Below are positions 49,329 to 60,342 of a stretch of 64,000 nucleotides of DNA, piece by piece. The stretch is from Mycobacteriales bacterium (lineage in GTDB: Bacteria; Actinomycetota; Actinomycetes; JAFAQI01), in NCBI GenBank assembly GCA_035504215.1, contig DATJSI010000112.1, forward strand, positions 7,461 through 71,460, written 5' to 3'. The position numbers were made by a program, and so were the translations under genes. The number at the start of each line of letters is the position of its first letter. The first letter of the stretch is position 1. The notes below the pieces were generated by a model. That model saw only the letters and a program-made list of their open reading frames with translations, made no database searches and was not told where the DNA came from.

Positions 49329-50135
49329 ATGGACGTGCGCAAACTGGTGGCGGAGTTCCTGGGCACGGCATTGCTGGTGATCTTCGCGGTCGGTGTCGCA
49401 ACGCTGAGCTTCGGTTTCGGTCTCACCGGCGCGAGCGTGTCGGCGGGGGTCGTCGCGACCGCGTTGGCCTTCGGCCTCACGGTCCTCGCGCTTGCCTACG
49501 CGATCGGCCCGATCTCCGGCTGCCACGTGAATCCCGCGGTCACGATGGGCTTCCTCGTGTCCGGCCGGATGGATCTCGAGGAGGCGGTCGGCTACTGGCT
49601 CGCGCAGTTCCTCGGCGGCATCGTCGGCGCGCTGGTGCTGTGGGGGATCTTCGAAACCTCGCCCGCATACTCGCGCGCGACCACCGGCCTCGGTGCCGAC
49701 GGCTTCGGCAAGGCCTCGATGATCCACATCGACGCGGGCGGTGCATTCCTCGCCGAGGTCGTCCTGACCTTCCTGTTCGTCTTCGTCGTCCTCGGGGCGA
49801 CCAGCCGGCTCGCCTCGATCGGCTTCGGCGGGCTGGCAATCGGCCTCGCGCTCACCGTCGTGCACCTGGTCGGGATTCCGCTGACCGGTACGTCGGTCAA
49901 CCCGGCGCGCAGCCTCGGCCCGGCGCTGATCGTCGGCCATACCGCGCTCACTCAGATCTGGGTCTTCATCCTCGCGCCGCTCGTGGGAGGTGCGCTCGCC
50001 GCGCTCGCCTACCACTATTTCTTCGGTGCCGACGAGGGAGTCACCACCCCGGTGGCCGGTGACACGGTCGGAACCGGCGAGGCCGCGGTGGCAACCGGCG
50101 ACGACCTCGGGGACGCCGGTCCCGCGATCGCCTGA
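49329..50135 (+). CDS. MIP-family aquaporin/glycerol channel
   Basis: Two NPA boxes ('HVNPAVT' and 'SVNPARS') and six TM helices. Confidence 0.9.
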   Translation: MDVRKLVAEFLGTALLVIFAVGVATLSFGFGLTGASVSAGVVATALAFGLTVLALAYAIGPISGCHVNPAVTMGFLVSGRMDLEEAVGYWLAQFLGGIVGALVLWGIFETSPAYSRATTGLGADGFGKASMIHIDAGGAFLAEVVLTFLFVFVVLGATSRLASIGFGGLAIGLALTVVHLVGIPLTGTSVNPARSLGPALIVGHTALTQIWVFILAPLVGGALAALAYHYFFGADEGVTTPVAGDTVGTGEAAVATGDDLGDAGPAIA

Positions 50136-50168
50136 GGGAACGGGTCGCGCGGCTACCCTTGATCCTCT

Positions 50169-50241
50169 GCCCCGTTGGCTCAGTGGTAGAGCAGCCGCCT
50201 TGTAAGCGGCAGGTCGTCCGTTCGATCCGGACACGGGGCTC
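50169..50241 (+). tRNA. tRNA-Thr (anticodon UGU)
   Basis: Hand-folded cloverleaf: acceptor GCCCCGT/ACGGGGC, D-arm GCTC/GAGC, anticodon arm GCCGC-cuUGUaa-GCGGC, T-arm GTCCG-TTCGATC-CGGAC. CCA is not encoded. Confidence 0.85.
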
Positions 50242-50361
50242 TTTCCCGCACGGGAACCGGCGGATCAGGTCACCAACCGCCCGATCCGCGGATCCGCCGT
50301 ACATCCGGGAATGGCAGGATGATCTGTCGTACACCCGCGCGGTCAACGGAGATCGTGCGGG

Positions 50362-51633
50362 GTGGAGGTGGAACAGCAAGTGGGTGCACGCCAGTCGGCA
50401 TGGGAGTCCGCGCGGACACAGCTCGCCGAGGCGGTGAAGCAGCTCGGTCTCGACGATGGCATGCACCAGCTGCTCGCCACGCCGCGGCGCGAGATGACGG
50501 TCAGCATTCCGCTGCGCCGCGACGACGGGAGCACGGAGGTGCTGCGCGGCTACCGCGTGCAGCACAACCTCTCGCGCGGACCCGCCAAGGGCGGGATTCG
50601 CTACCACCCGTCGACCGACATCGACGAGGTGCGCGCGCTCGCGATGTGGATGACGTGGAAGTGCTCGCTGATCGGGATCCCGTACGGCGGGGCCAAGGGC
50701 GGGGTGACGATCGACCCGCGGCTCTACAGCCAGACCGAGCTCGAACGCGTGACCCGTCGCTACGCGAGCGAGATCGGCCCGATCGTGGGGCCGGAGAAGG
50801 ACATCCCGGCCCCGGACGTCGGCACCGACGAGCAGACCATGGCGTGGTTCATGGACACCTACTCGGTCAACAAGGGCTACACGGTGACCGGCGTCGTGAC
50901 CGGCAAGCCGGTGAGCGTGGGCGGGTCCGAGGGCCGGGCCGGCGCGACCAGCCGCGGCGTCATGATCACGGCGTTCTCGGCGTTGCAGGCGGCCGGCGTA
51001 GACCCCACCGAGGTCTCTGTCGCGGTGCAGGGTTTCGGTAAGGTCGGCGGGCTCGCTGCGCAGTACCTGCATGACGCCGGCTGCAAGATCGTCGCGGTCT
51101 CGGACGTGAAGGGCGGCGCCTACAACGCGCGCGGGATGAACCCCGCGAAGATGCTGCGCGACATCCGCGGGGGCATGGAGTCGGTCGTCGGCTATCCGGG
51201 CACGGACTCGATCTCCAACGAGGAGCTGCTCGAGCTCGATGTCGACGTGCTGGTGCCCGCGGCGCTGGAGAGCGTCATCCACGACGGCAACGCCGACCGG
51301 GTGAAGGCCCGCTTCATCGTCGAGGGCGCCAACGGGCCGACCACGCCGGACGCGGACGCCATCCTGGAGAGCAAGGGCGTGGTCGTCGTACCCGACATCC
51401 TGGCCAACTCCGGCGGCGTCGCGGTGTCCTACTTCGAGTGGGTCCAGGACCTGCAGGCGTACTGGTGGACCGAGCACGAGGTGTCCGACCGCATGCGGGC
51501 GATCCTCGAGAACTCCTACGCCGAGGTCGCCGCGCTCGCCGAGGAACGCGGGACCTCGCTGCGCACCGCCGCGCAGATGATCGGCGTCGGCCGGGTTGCC
51601 GAGGCGCACCGGACCCGCGGGCTGTATCCCTGA
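50362..51633 (+). CDS. gdhA: NAD(P)-dependent glutamate dehydrogenase
   Basis: Glu/Leu/Phe/Val dehydrogenase signature 'GPAKGGIRYHP'. The Lys active-site region and Rossmann 'GFGKVGG'. Confidence 0.9.
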   Translation: MEVEQQVGARQSAWESARTQLAEAVKQLGLDDGMHQLLATPRREMTVSIPLRRDDGSTEVLRGYRVQHNLSRGPAKGGIRYHPSTDIDEVRALAMWMTWKCSLIGIPYGGAKGGVTIDPRLYSQTELERVTRRYASEIGPIVGPEKDIPAPDVGTDEQTMAWFMDTYSVNKGYTVTGVVTGKPVSVGGSEGRAGATSRGVMITAFSALQAAGVDPTEVSVAVQGFGKVGGLAAQYLHDAGCKIVAVSDVKGGAYNARGMNPAKMLRDIRGGMESVVGYPGTDSISNEELLELDVDVLVPAALESVIHDGNADRVKARFIVEGANGPTTPDADAILESKGVVVVPDILANSGGVAVSYFEWVQDLQAYWWTEHEVSDRMRAILENSYAEVAALAEERGTSLRTAAQMIGVGRVAEAHRTRGLYP

Positions 51634-51776
51634 CCTGCGCGGCCCGGGTGACCGGCAGAGGGCTGCGTGACCTCGCGCGGTCGCCGTGCCAGAATGACAG
51701 CGTTGTAGTTCAGGTGCGCGGCTGAAGTCAGGTCCGCCGGGTTCGGTGTACGCCGAGCGACCGCGAGGAGTGCGTC

Positions 51777-52070
51777 ATGAGCGCTGAGGGAGCGGTTACC
51801 GGCCGCGATGCGGCCGACGGTGAGCTCTCGGAGCGCGACCGCCAGATCCTGGAGTTCGAGCGGCACTGGTGGAAGTACGCCGGCGCCAAGGAGCAGGCGG
51901 TGCGCGACCTGTTCGACATGTCCGCAACCCGCTACTACCAGGTCCTCAACGCGCTTCTCGACCGGCCGGAGGCGCTCGCCGCCGATCCGATGCTCGTGAA
52001 GCGGCTGCGTCGGCTGCGGGCCGCGCGGCAGCGGGCGCGATCGGCCCGCCGCCTGGGATTCGAGGCCTGA
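51777..52070 (+). CDS. DUF3263-family protein
   Basis: 'ILEFERHWWKYAGAKEQAVRDLF.MSATRYYQVLNALLD' pattern. Confidence 0.6.
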   Translation: MSAEGAVTGRDAADGELSERDRQILEFERHWWKYAGAKEQAVRDLFDMSATRYYQVLNALLDRPEALAADPMLVKRLRRLRAARQRARSARRLGFEA

Positions 52071-52134
52071 CCGGGCACTTCCGCCCGCGCCCGCAATCCC
52101 GGGTAACCCCCGTTGTCCGCACTACGGTCGTCCT

Positions 52135-53013
52135 GTGAGCGAGTTCGGGCCCACGGGCGGTGAGGGGCGGCCCGGCGACGAACCGCTGTGGGAGCCGAAC
52201 TGGGATCCCGAGCCGGAGCCCACACCCCCGCCCAGCGCGGAGTCCGGCCACGGGACCGCGGAAGGGCACGCCGCGGTGCCGGAGCCGGGAACGCCTGCCC
52301 CGGCGTCGGACCCTCCGTCGGGCCCGGTGTCGGGCCCGACGTCGGATGCCGCGCCGGATGCGGTCGACTCCGACACCGCGCCGCTGGCTACCCGCCCGCG
52401 CAGCCATCGGGCGCCGCCACCGGGCGCGCAGTTCGGACGTGTCCTCGGTCCGGTCGTCGCGCTCGTGGTCGTCGGTGCGGTCGTCGCGCTGCTGATCTGG
52501 ATCAACGGCAAGCCGAACGGCAGCACCGCTGCGGCGGCCGGCGGGTCGCACAGCGCCATACCGAGCACTCCGGCGAGCTCGCCGTCCACCACCGCGCCGG
52601 CCTCGCCGAGCCCGAGCACGTCGGTCCCGGTCGCCGGCGGCCCGAGCCCGGGCGCCTCCAGCCCGGTGGCATCGGGCGGCTCACCCTCCGCGAGCAGTGC
52701 GACGACCCATACCGGCAAGCCGGCCGACCGTACGGCGAAGGCCCCGGTGCAGGTGCTCAACAACTCCCGGCTGACCGGGCTCGCCCACCAGGTGGCCGGT
52801 GAGATCGAGTCAAAGGGTTGGCACGTGGGCGTGATCGGGAACCTTCAAGGCGTGATCTCCGAGACGACCGTCTACTACTCGGCCGGCAACAAGGCCGCCG
52901 CCAAGCACCTGGCCCGCGAGTTCGCGGAGGTCCGCAGGGTCGAACCGAACTCCGACGTCGGCCTCACTCAGACCGGCATCACGCTGGTCATCACCGCGGA
53001 CTGGGTCAGCTGA
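52135..53013 (+). CDS. LytR_C-domain protein with a Pro/Ser-rich N-terminal region and a TM anchor
   Basis: C-terminal LytR_C ('VQVLNNSRLTGLAHQVAGEIESKGWHV…VYYSAGNKAAAKHLAREF'). Confidence 0.7.
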   Translation: MSEFGPTGGEGRPGDEPLWEPNWDPEPEPTPPPSAESGHGTAEGHAAVPEPGTPAPASDPPSGPVSGPTSDAAPDAVDSDTAPLATRPRSHRAPPPGAQFGRVLGPVVALVVVGAVVALLIWINGKPNGSTAAAAGGSHSAIPSTPASSPSTTAPASPSPSTSVPVAGGPSPGASSPVASGGSPSASSATTHTGKPADRTAKAPVQVLNNSRLTGLAHQVAGEIESKGWHVGVIGNLQGVISETTVYYSAGNKAAAKHLAREFAEVRRVEPNSDVGLTQTGITLVITADWVS

Positions 53014-53016
53014 GTA

Positions 53017-53820
53017 GTGACTGACGCGGTCGCTGCGCTGCTGGCCGATCCCCGAAGCGCGTTGGTCGCTCTGGACTTCGACGGCACCCTCGCGCCGATC
53101 GTGGCTCGCCCCGAGGACGCGAGCCCGGTCGCGGGCGCGCACGAGGTGTTGCGATCGCTCGCGGAACAGATCGGCATGCTCGCGGTGATCAGCGGACGAG
53201 CCGCCCAGGAGGTGGTCGACCTCAGCGGCTTCGGCGACATCCCCGGGTTGCGGGTGCTCGGGCACTACGGGCTGCAGCGCTGGCAGGGCGGTCGGGTCGA
53301 CTCGCCTCCACCGGATCCGGCGATCGACCGCGTCCGGCTGCGACTCCCCGCGATTCTCGAGGCTGCCCCCGACGGGGTCTACGTCGAGGACAAGGAGCAC
53401 TCGGTCGCGGTCCACACCCGACCCGCCGCCGACCCGCAACGCGCACTGGACGAGCTCGGGCCGGTGCTGCGCCGCCTCGCCGCTGACATGGGGCTGGAAG
53501 CGGTCGGCGGTCGGTACGTGATCGAGCTCCGCCCGTCCGGCATCGACAAGGGCGCAGCGTTGCGTGCGCTCGTCGAGGAGACCGGTGCCGCCACCGTGAT
53601 GTACGTGGGTGACGATGTCGGCGACCTGCCCGCGTTCCGGACGGTGAGGGCGCTGCGGGACTCGGGCGCCGTCAACGGCCTGGCCGTGGTGGCGTTCAAA
53701 GCAGCCCGTCCCGGCGAGACCGCCGAGGTGCCGCCGGGCTTGCGGGAGGCGGCCGACCTGGTGCTCCCGGGACCGGACGCGGTCGTCGGCTGGCTGGCCG
53801 GCCTGCTCGCGATGCTGTAG
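53017..53820 (+). CDS. otsB: Trehalose-6-phosphate phosphatase
   Basis: HAD motif I 'ALDFDGTLAPI' and the C-terminal 'YVGDDVGD'. Confidence 0.9.
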   Translation: MTDAVAALLADPRSALVALDFDGTLAPIVARPEDASPVAGAHEVLRSLAEQIGMLAVISGRAAQEVVDLSGFGDIPGLRVLGHYGLQRWQGGRVDSPPPDPAIDRVRLRLPAILEAAPDGVYVEDKEHSVAVHTRPAADPQRALDELGPVLRRLAADMGLEAVGGRYVIELRPSGIDKGAALRALVEETGAATVMYVGDDVGDLPAFRTVRALRDSGAVNGLAVVAFKAARPGETAEVPPGLREAADLVLPGPDAVVGWLAGLLAML

Positions 53821-53919
53821 CCGCCGCCTCCGCACGCATGGCCCATCGGTGGGGCTATGCCCCCACCCATGGCCCATCCGTGGCGCTGGGGCACCACTCA
53901 TGGGCCATGCGAATTCGGG

Positions 53920-55353
53920 TTAGAGGTCGGCGAGCTGCGCTGCCAGCCACTCGTGCGGCGGCATGGCGATCGCAGCCTTGCGCAGCTCCGCATGTCGCCG
54001 GGTCCGCTCCGCCTCGGGCATCACGAGTGCGTCGTGCAGCGCCTGCGCGGTCGCGGCGACGTCGTACGGATCGACCAGGAGCGCGGCGCCTCCGAGCTCG
54101 TCGGCGGCTCCTGCTTCTCGCGAGAGCACGAGCACCGCGTCGTCGGTCAGCACGATCGCTTCCTTCGCGACCAGGTTCATCCCGTCGCGCACCGGGTTGA
54201 CCAGTACGACGTCTCCCGCGCCCAGAACCGCGAGTGACTCGGCGTAGTCGTTGCGAACCTGGAGCTCGACGGGGGTCCAGCCGGCCGTGCCGAGCTCAGC
54301 GTTGATCAGCTTCGCGAGATCCTCGACGTACGCCGTGTAGTCCCGGTAGTCGGCGATGTCCTGGCGACTCGGGTAGGCCATCGCCACGTGCACGACGTGC
54401 TGCCGGTGCTCGGGATGGTCGTCGAGCAACCGGCGAAACGCTTCGAGGCCGCGGGCGAGGTTCTTCGACGGCTCGGTGCGGTCAACGCGGACGATCGCCT
54501 TCCGATCGGCCAGCTCGGCCTTGAGCGCATCCCGGTCGGCGGCGACGTCCGGTTGCGCCGCCCGCTCGAGCAGCGGCTCCGGATCGACCCCGAGCGGGTA
54601 GATCCGCACGGCCGTCGTTCGCCCACCGTGACGCACCGAGCTGTCGTCGTGGTCGACGTCGAGCAGCCGCGCGCAACAGGCGATGAAGTCCTTCGCCCAT
54701 CGCGGCGAGTGGAAGCCGAGCGTGTCGGCACCAAGCATCCCGGTGAGCAACGCGCGGGCTACGTCGTCGGGCAGCAGCGCGAAGTTCTCCGGAGTCGACC
54801 ACGGGGTGTGGGTGAACAGCCCGATGCGCACGTCCGGCCGTCGGCTGCGGAGCAGCTCGGGCAGCAGCGTGAGGTGGTAGTCCTGGGCGAGGACCCGCGC
54901 GCCGGGCGCGGCTTCCTCGGCGACCGCATCCGCAAACTCGGTGTTGTAGTCGACGTACCCGGTCCATGCCCGGCGCCACTCCGCGTTCTCGTAGTCCGGC
55001 GGGTTCGCGTTGTCGATCAACCCGTGGTGCAGGTACCACAAGGTGGTGTTGGAGACGACGTTGTACGCCGCTTCGTAGGTCGCGGGTTCGATCGGCAGCA
55101 TCCTGACCGCGCCGCCGGTGTCGTGCCCGGCGCGGTCGAGCCGCCCGGCGGGAGCCGACGCGGCGACTGCGCGGTCGTCATCGCTCAGCGCGGCACAGAC
55201 CCATACCGTCGCGCCCTCTGACCGCACGGCGGCCAGGCCGGAGACGAGGCCGCCGCCCCCGCGCGACTCGGTGACCCGGCCGTCGTCGTCGCGGTGGAAG
55301 GCGATCGGCCCGCGGTTGGACGCGATGACGATCTTGGCCATGCCGCTTGTCAT
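53920..55353 (-). CDS. otsA: Alpha,alpha-trehalose-phosphate synthase (UDP-forming)
   Basis: GT20 family ('IVIASNRGPI', 'YHLTLLPELLR'). Start set at MTSGMAKIV, which removes a spurious 90-aa extension of the ORF. Confidence 0.92.
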   Translation of the reverse strand: MTSGMAKIVIASNRGPIAFHRDDDGRVTESRGGGGLVSGLAAVRSEGATVWVCAALSDDDRAVAASAPAGRLDRAGHDTGGAVRMLPIEPATYEAAYNVVSNTTLWYLHHGLIDNANPPDYENAEWRRAWTGYVDYNTEFADAVAEEAAPGARVLAQDYHLTLLPELLRSRRPDVRIGLFTHTPWSTPENFALLPDDVARALLTGMLGADTLGFHSPRWAKDFIACCARLLDVDHDDSSVRHGGRTTAVRIYPLGVDPEPLLERAAQPDVAADRDALKAELADRKAIVRVDRTEPSKNLARGLEAFRRLLDDHPEHRQHVVHVAMAYPSRQDIADYRDYTAYVEDLAKLINAELGTAGWTPVELQVRNDYAESLAVLGAGDVVLVNPVRDGMNLVAKEAIVLTDDAVLVLSREAGAADELGGAALLVDPYDVAATAQALHDALVMPEAERTRRHAELRKAAIAMPPHEWLAAQLADL

Positions 55354-55419
55354 TGCACCATCGCCCCGACAGTAACCGAACCGCGTATGGCAGACTTGCC
55401 CTGCGCGACCTTCGGGTCG

Positions 55420-55535
55420 CGCACTCATCAAGAGGGGCAGAGGGACCGGCCCGGTGAAGCCCCGGCAACCACCCGATCGCGGGCAGGTGCCAACTCCGGC
55501 TCGGACGCGGATCGCGTCTCGGGAAAGATGAGGAC
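55420..55535 (+). promoter_or_regulatory. SAM-I (S-box) type riboswitch aptamer in the leader of the threonine-synthase-like gene
   Basis: Sequence 'CUCAUCAAGAGGGGCAGAGGGACCGGCCCGGUGAAGCCCCGGCAACC…GGUGCCAACUCCGGC…GAAAGAUGAG' matches the SAM-I consensus core. The P1 3' strand abuts the RBS GGAAGG and the ATG at 55547. Confidence 0.8.
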
Positions 55536-55546
55536 GGAAGGTTGCA

Positions 55547-56797
55547 ATGACCTCGTTGATCGACCGCCCGGCGGCGCAGTTCGGCTCCGCCGAAGCACTG
55601 GTATGCCGTGAGTGCGGTGCCACCTACCCGCTCGGGCCGACCCACGTGTGCGAGCTCTGCTTCGGTCCCCTCGAGATCGCCTACGACCCCGACGCACTGC
55701 GCGCCGTGACGCGCGCGAGTATCGAGGCCGGCCCGCAGTCAATGTGGCGCTATCGCGGTCTGCTACCGGTCGAACCACTCGTGGACCTTCGAGTCGGAAT
55801 GACCCGCCTGGTGCCGGCGCCCAACCTCGCGCGCGAGCTCGGCATGCGGTCGTTGTGGGTGAAGGACGACAGCGGCAACCCGACGCACTCGTTCAAGGAC
55901 CGAGTGGTCGCGGTGGCGGCGTCGGCCGCCCGGGCACTCGGCTACCGCGTGCTCGCCTGCGCCTCCACCGGCAACCTCGCGCACGCGGTCGCCGCCGCTG
56001 CGGCGAACGCCGGTCTGCGTTCGGTCGTCTTCATCCCCCATGACCTCGAGGCCGGCAAGTCGGTGACGACCGCGGTCTACGGCGGGACTCTGGTCGCGGT
56101 CGAAGGTTCGTACGACGAGGTCAACCGGCTGTCCGCCGAGATCGCCGGCGAGCTGCCGTGGGGCTTCGTCAACGTCAACGTCCGCCCGTTCTACGCCGAG
56201 GGCTCGAAGACGGTCGGCTTCGAGATCGCCGAACAGCTCGGTTGGCGGTTGCCCGAGCAGGTCGTCATCCCGATCGCGTCCGGCTCGTTGCTCACGAAGG
56301 TCGACAAGGCGTGGCGCGAGCTGAGCCGGCTCGGTCTCGTGGACCCGACGGCGTACCGGGTGTTCGGTGCGCAGTCGACCGGCTGCTCGCCGGTTGCGGC
56401 GGCGTTTCGTGCGGGACACGACGTGGTCGCGCCGGTGCGGCCGACCGGCATCGCGAAGTCACTCGCGATCGGCAACCCCGCCGATGGTCCCTATGCGCTG
56501 GACGTCGTGCGACGTACCGGTGGGGTGATCGAGGACGTCGGCGACACCGAAATCGTCGACGGCATCCGGCTGCTCGCGCGTACGACCGGAATATTCGGCG
56601 AGACGGCAGGTGGCGTCACGGTCGCCACTTTGCGCAAGCTGCTCGAGACCGGGCGGCTGGATCCCGAGGCCGAGACGGTCATCCTGAACACCGGTGACGG
56701 GCTGAAGACGCTGGACGCCGTTGTCGACGCCGTGGGCCCGACCGTCACGATCGCTCCGACATTGCAGGCGTTTCGAGAGGCGGGGTTGAGCGAATGA
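55547..56797 (+). CDS. Threonine-synthase-family PLP enzyme with an N-terminal Zn-ribbon (candidate MetM-type O-phosphohomoserine-dependent homocysteine synthase)
   Basis: 'CRECG…CELC' zinc ribbon. PLP-lysine motif 'HSFKDR'. ThrC fold. Preceded by a SAM riboswitch and followed by a sulfur-carrier gene. Confidence 0.8.
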   Translation: MTSLIDRPAAQFGSAEALVCRECGATYPLGPTHVCELCFGPLEIAYDPDALRAVTRASIEAGPQSMWRYRGLLPVEPLVDLRVGMTRLVPAPNLARELGMRSLWVKDDSGNPTHSFKDRVVAVAASAARALGYRVLACASTGNLAHAVAAAAANAGLRSVVFIPHDLEAGKSVTTAVYGGTLVAVEGSYDEVNRLSAEIAGELPWGFVNVNVRPFYAEGSKTVGFEIAEQLGWRLPEQVVIPIASGSLLTKVDKAWRELSRLGLVDPTAYRVFGAQSTGCSPVAAAFRAGHDVVAPVRPTGIAKSLAIGNPADGPYALDVVRRTGGVIEDVGDTEIVDGIRLLARTTGIFGETAGGVTVATLRKLLETGRLDPEAETVILNTGDGLKTLDAVVDAVGPTVTIAPTLQAFREAGLSE

Positions 56798-57069
56798 TCA
56801 CCGTGCGGGTTCCGACCATTTTGCGGTCGCTCACCGGCGGCGCGGCCGAGGTGTCCGTCGACGAGGCGTCGACCCTGGCCGACGTACTGGACCGGATGGA
56901 GGCCGAGCACCCCGGCTTCCGCACCCGCGTCCTCGACGACGACGGCAAGCTGCGCCGGTTCGTGAATGTCTATGTCGACGACGACGATGTGCGTTTCGCC
57001 GAGGGGTTGCAGACACCGACGCCCGCTGGAACTACCGTCTCGATCATCCCAGCGGTCGCCGGCGGCTGA
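56794..57069 (+). CDS. MoaD/ThiS-family sulfur-carrier protein (C-terminal Gly-Gly). Candidate MetO/CysO-like
   Basis: 91 aa ending '…IIPAVAGG'. 4-nt overlap with the upstream ThrC-like gene. Confidence 0.7.
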   Translation: MITVRVPTILRSLTGGAAEVSVDEASTLADVLDRMEAEHPGFRTRVLDDDGKLRRFVNVYVDDDDVRFAEGLQTPTPAGTTVSIIPAVAGG

Positions 57070-57085
57070 TTGCGGGACGGGCCGG

Positions 57086-57661
57086 CTACTTGCTGGACTT
57101 CTTCGACAGGCGGAACACCTGGGCGTAGACCAGATGCGCCTTGTAGATGTGCTGGCGCTGCACGTGGGTGCCGGTGTGCGGCGCCACCCACCAGTAGTCG
57201 TGCCCGTCATAGATGCCGACATGCGAGACGTAGCCGTTGTCGACGAAGACCAGGTCGCCCGGCTTGAGGTGGCGGCGGCGGATGTGGTGCAACGAGTGGT
57301 ACTGCTCCGCGGCGTTGTGCGGCAGCGAGATGTGGACTGCGTGCAGAAACACGAAGCGGACCAGGCCGGAGCAGTCGAAGGCATGCGGGCCGTCGGCGCC
57401 GTACTGGTAGGGCTTGCCCTTCTGGCGGGCGGCTTCGCGCAGCACCCGGCGTACGTCGTTGTGGAGCTGCGTGAGGGTCATCGCACCGGTCGCACGCGCC
57501 GGGGCGGCATGCGGCGCGGTAGCGGCCAGCGGGGTCGTGGTGCTGGAGCCGGGCTCGGCGTTCTGGGTCTGCGCGAACGCGGGGCTCGCGGCCAGGCCGA
57601 GGCAGAGGAACAGGGATGCGGCGAGGATGCCCAAGCGGGCAGACAGGGTCGCACGGAACAT
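57086..57661 (-). CDS. Secreted NlpC/P60-family peptidoglycan hydrolase
   Basis: Signal peptide. 'PYQYGADGPHAFDCSGL' and 'GDLVF…SHVGIY' catalytic Cys/His regions. Confidence 0.85.
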   Translation of the reverse strand: MFRATLSARLGILAASLFLCLGLAASPAFAQTQNAEPGSSTTTPLAATAPHAAPARATGAMTLTQLHNDVRRVLREAARQKGKPYQYGADGPHAFDCSGLVRFVFLHAVHISLPHNAAEQYHSLHHIRRRHLKPGDLVFVDNGYVSHVGIYDGHDYWWVAPHTGTHVQRQHIYKAHLVYAQVFRLSKKSSK

Positions 57662-57975
57662 GAAGGCGCTCTCCGACGCCGACCGGGTTAGCTGTCGGGT
57701 TCGGACCGTGGCTAGCCCGGCCGCCGGAGCGGCTTCACCCCAAGAGCGCGTGCCCCGCGCTCGTGTGCTGTTGGGTCCCCGATCCTGTCCGTGGGTTCGG
57801 TGTACGCACTCCGCGGACAGGTTTGGCGAACGGAGGCGACGGTCACCCGGCTGGGTGGCCCCGCATACCTTAGGTCGGCGTCCGGCCCGCCGTCCTTGAA
57901 TCCGGGATTTTTTCCGGGCGTGTCCGGTTTACCCGCCGGTCGCCCGCGGGAGCCGGCCTCGACGCCGGCGGCCGT

Positions 57976-59742
<1,767 letters not shown>

Positions 59743-59761
59743 GTCCACGCACAACGCGTCG

Positions 59762-59805
59762 AAGGGGCGGTCCCGATCGGGACCGCCCCTTCGTCATTCT
59801 TGTTC
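59762..59805 (+). terminator. Rho-independent terminator after groEL
   Basis: 13-bp GC-rich stem 'AAGGGGCGGTCCC…GGGACCGCCCCTT' followed by a T-rich tract. Confidence 0.6.
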
Positions 59806-59984
59806 GGCGGTGTGTCCGCCGTACTGGTTGCTCCGGCGCCGCGCCAGTCAAGCCGCGAGCGCACCCCTGCCGCGTAGTGCGCGTCCATGAATATGCGTAG
59901 TCGTGAAGCGTGACAGTTGGGGAGCAATAAAGTAAGGCTAAGGGTTGACCCTTACGAAAAGGGGTGACGCATCCCCGACTCCGC

Positions 59985-60166
59985 CATCGTGCGAGACAGC
60001 CTCGGCCTATCGGCAGTGGCCGCGAGGCAGGCGCTCAGCACGCTTGCCGCCGCCGGCGTGCTGACCGAGTACGCCCGCCAGCCTGGCACCAGCGCCGGCC
60101 GACCTCGCACTCTCTACGTCAGCACAGAGATGCTGGGACTCATCGGCTCCAGCCCATTGGGCTAGC
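59985..60166 (+). pseudogene. Possible gene remnant encoding only a C-terminal winged-helix segment ('…LSAVAARQALSTLAAAGVLTEYARQPGTSAGRPRTLYVSTEMLGL…')
   Basis: A short in-frame segment with a wHTH-like motif and no plausible N-terminal domain, preceded by unusually low-GC sequence. Not in the ORF track (<60 aa). Confidence 0.25.
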
Positions 60167-60342
60167 CCGACCGCCGGCCACGCGGGGCGTGCGGTTGCTG
60201 GCGCGACGGCACCCAAACCACCCGCCGCCGCAGACATCCACATGACGAATACGGACGCGAGCCCAATGACGTCTGGGGACTGTTCGGCACCTCTGTTCGC
60301 TCGGGCCTGCTGAAGCGACGGTGGTGTTGTTCCGATGCTCCA

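Noticed and set aside
47661-50234. 857-aa minus-strand ORF
   Set aside because: Only the C-terminal 522 aa, from the Tat signal MTRRSVLG at 49229, form a coherent FAD-oxidase. The upstream 335 aa are antisense to the aquaporin gene and low complexity.
50169-50362. tRNA-Thr as an integration site for a genomic island or prophage
   Set aside because: No integrase, direct-repeat duplication of the tRNA 3' end, or phage genes are seen downstream. The following genes (gdh, otsB) are housekeeping and in conserved order.
55354-55623. 90-aa N-terminal extension of the otsA ORF
   Set aside because: OtsA homology begins at MAKIVIASNRGPI. The extension overlaps the divergent riboswitch leader region and is Arg/Cys-rich.
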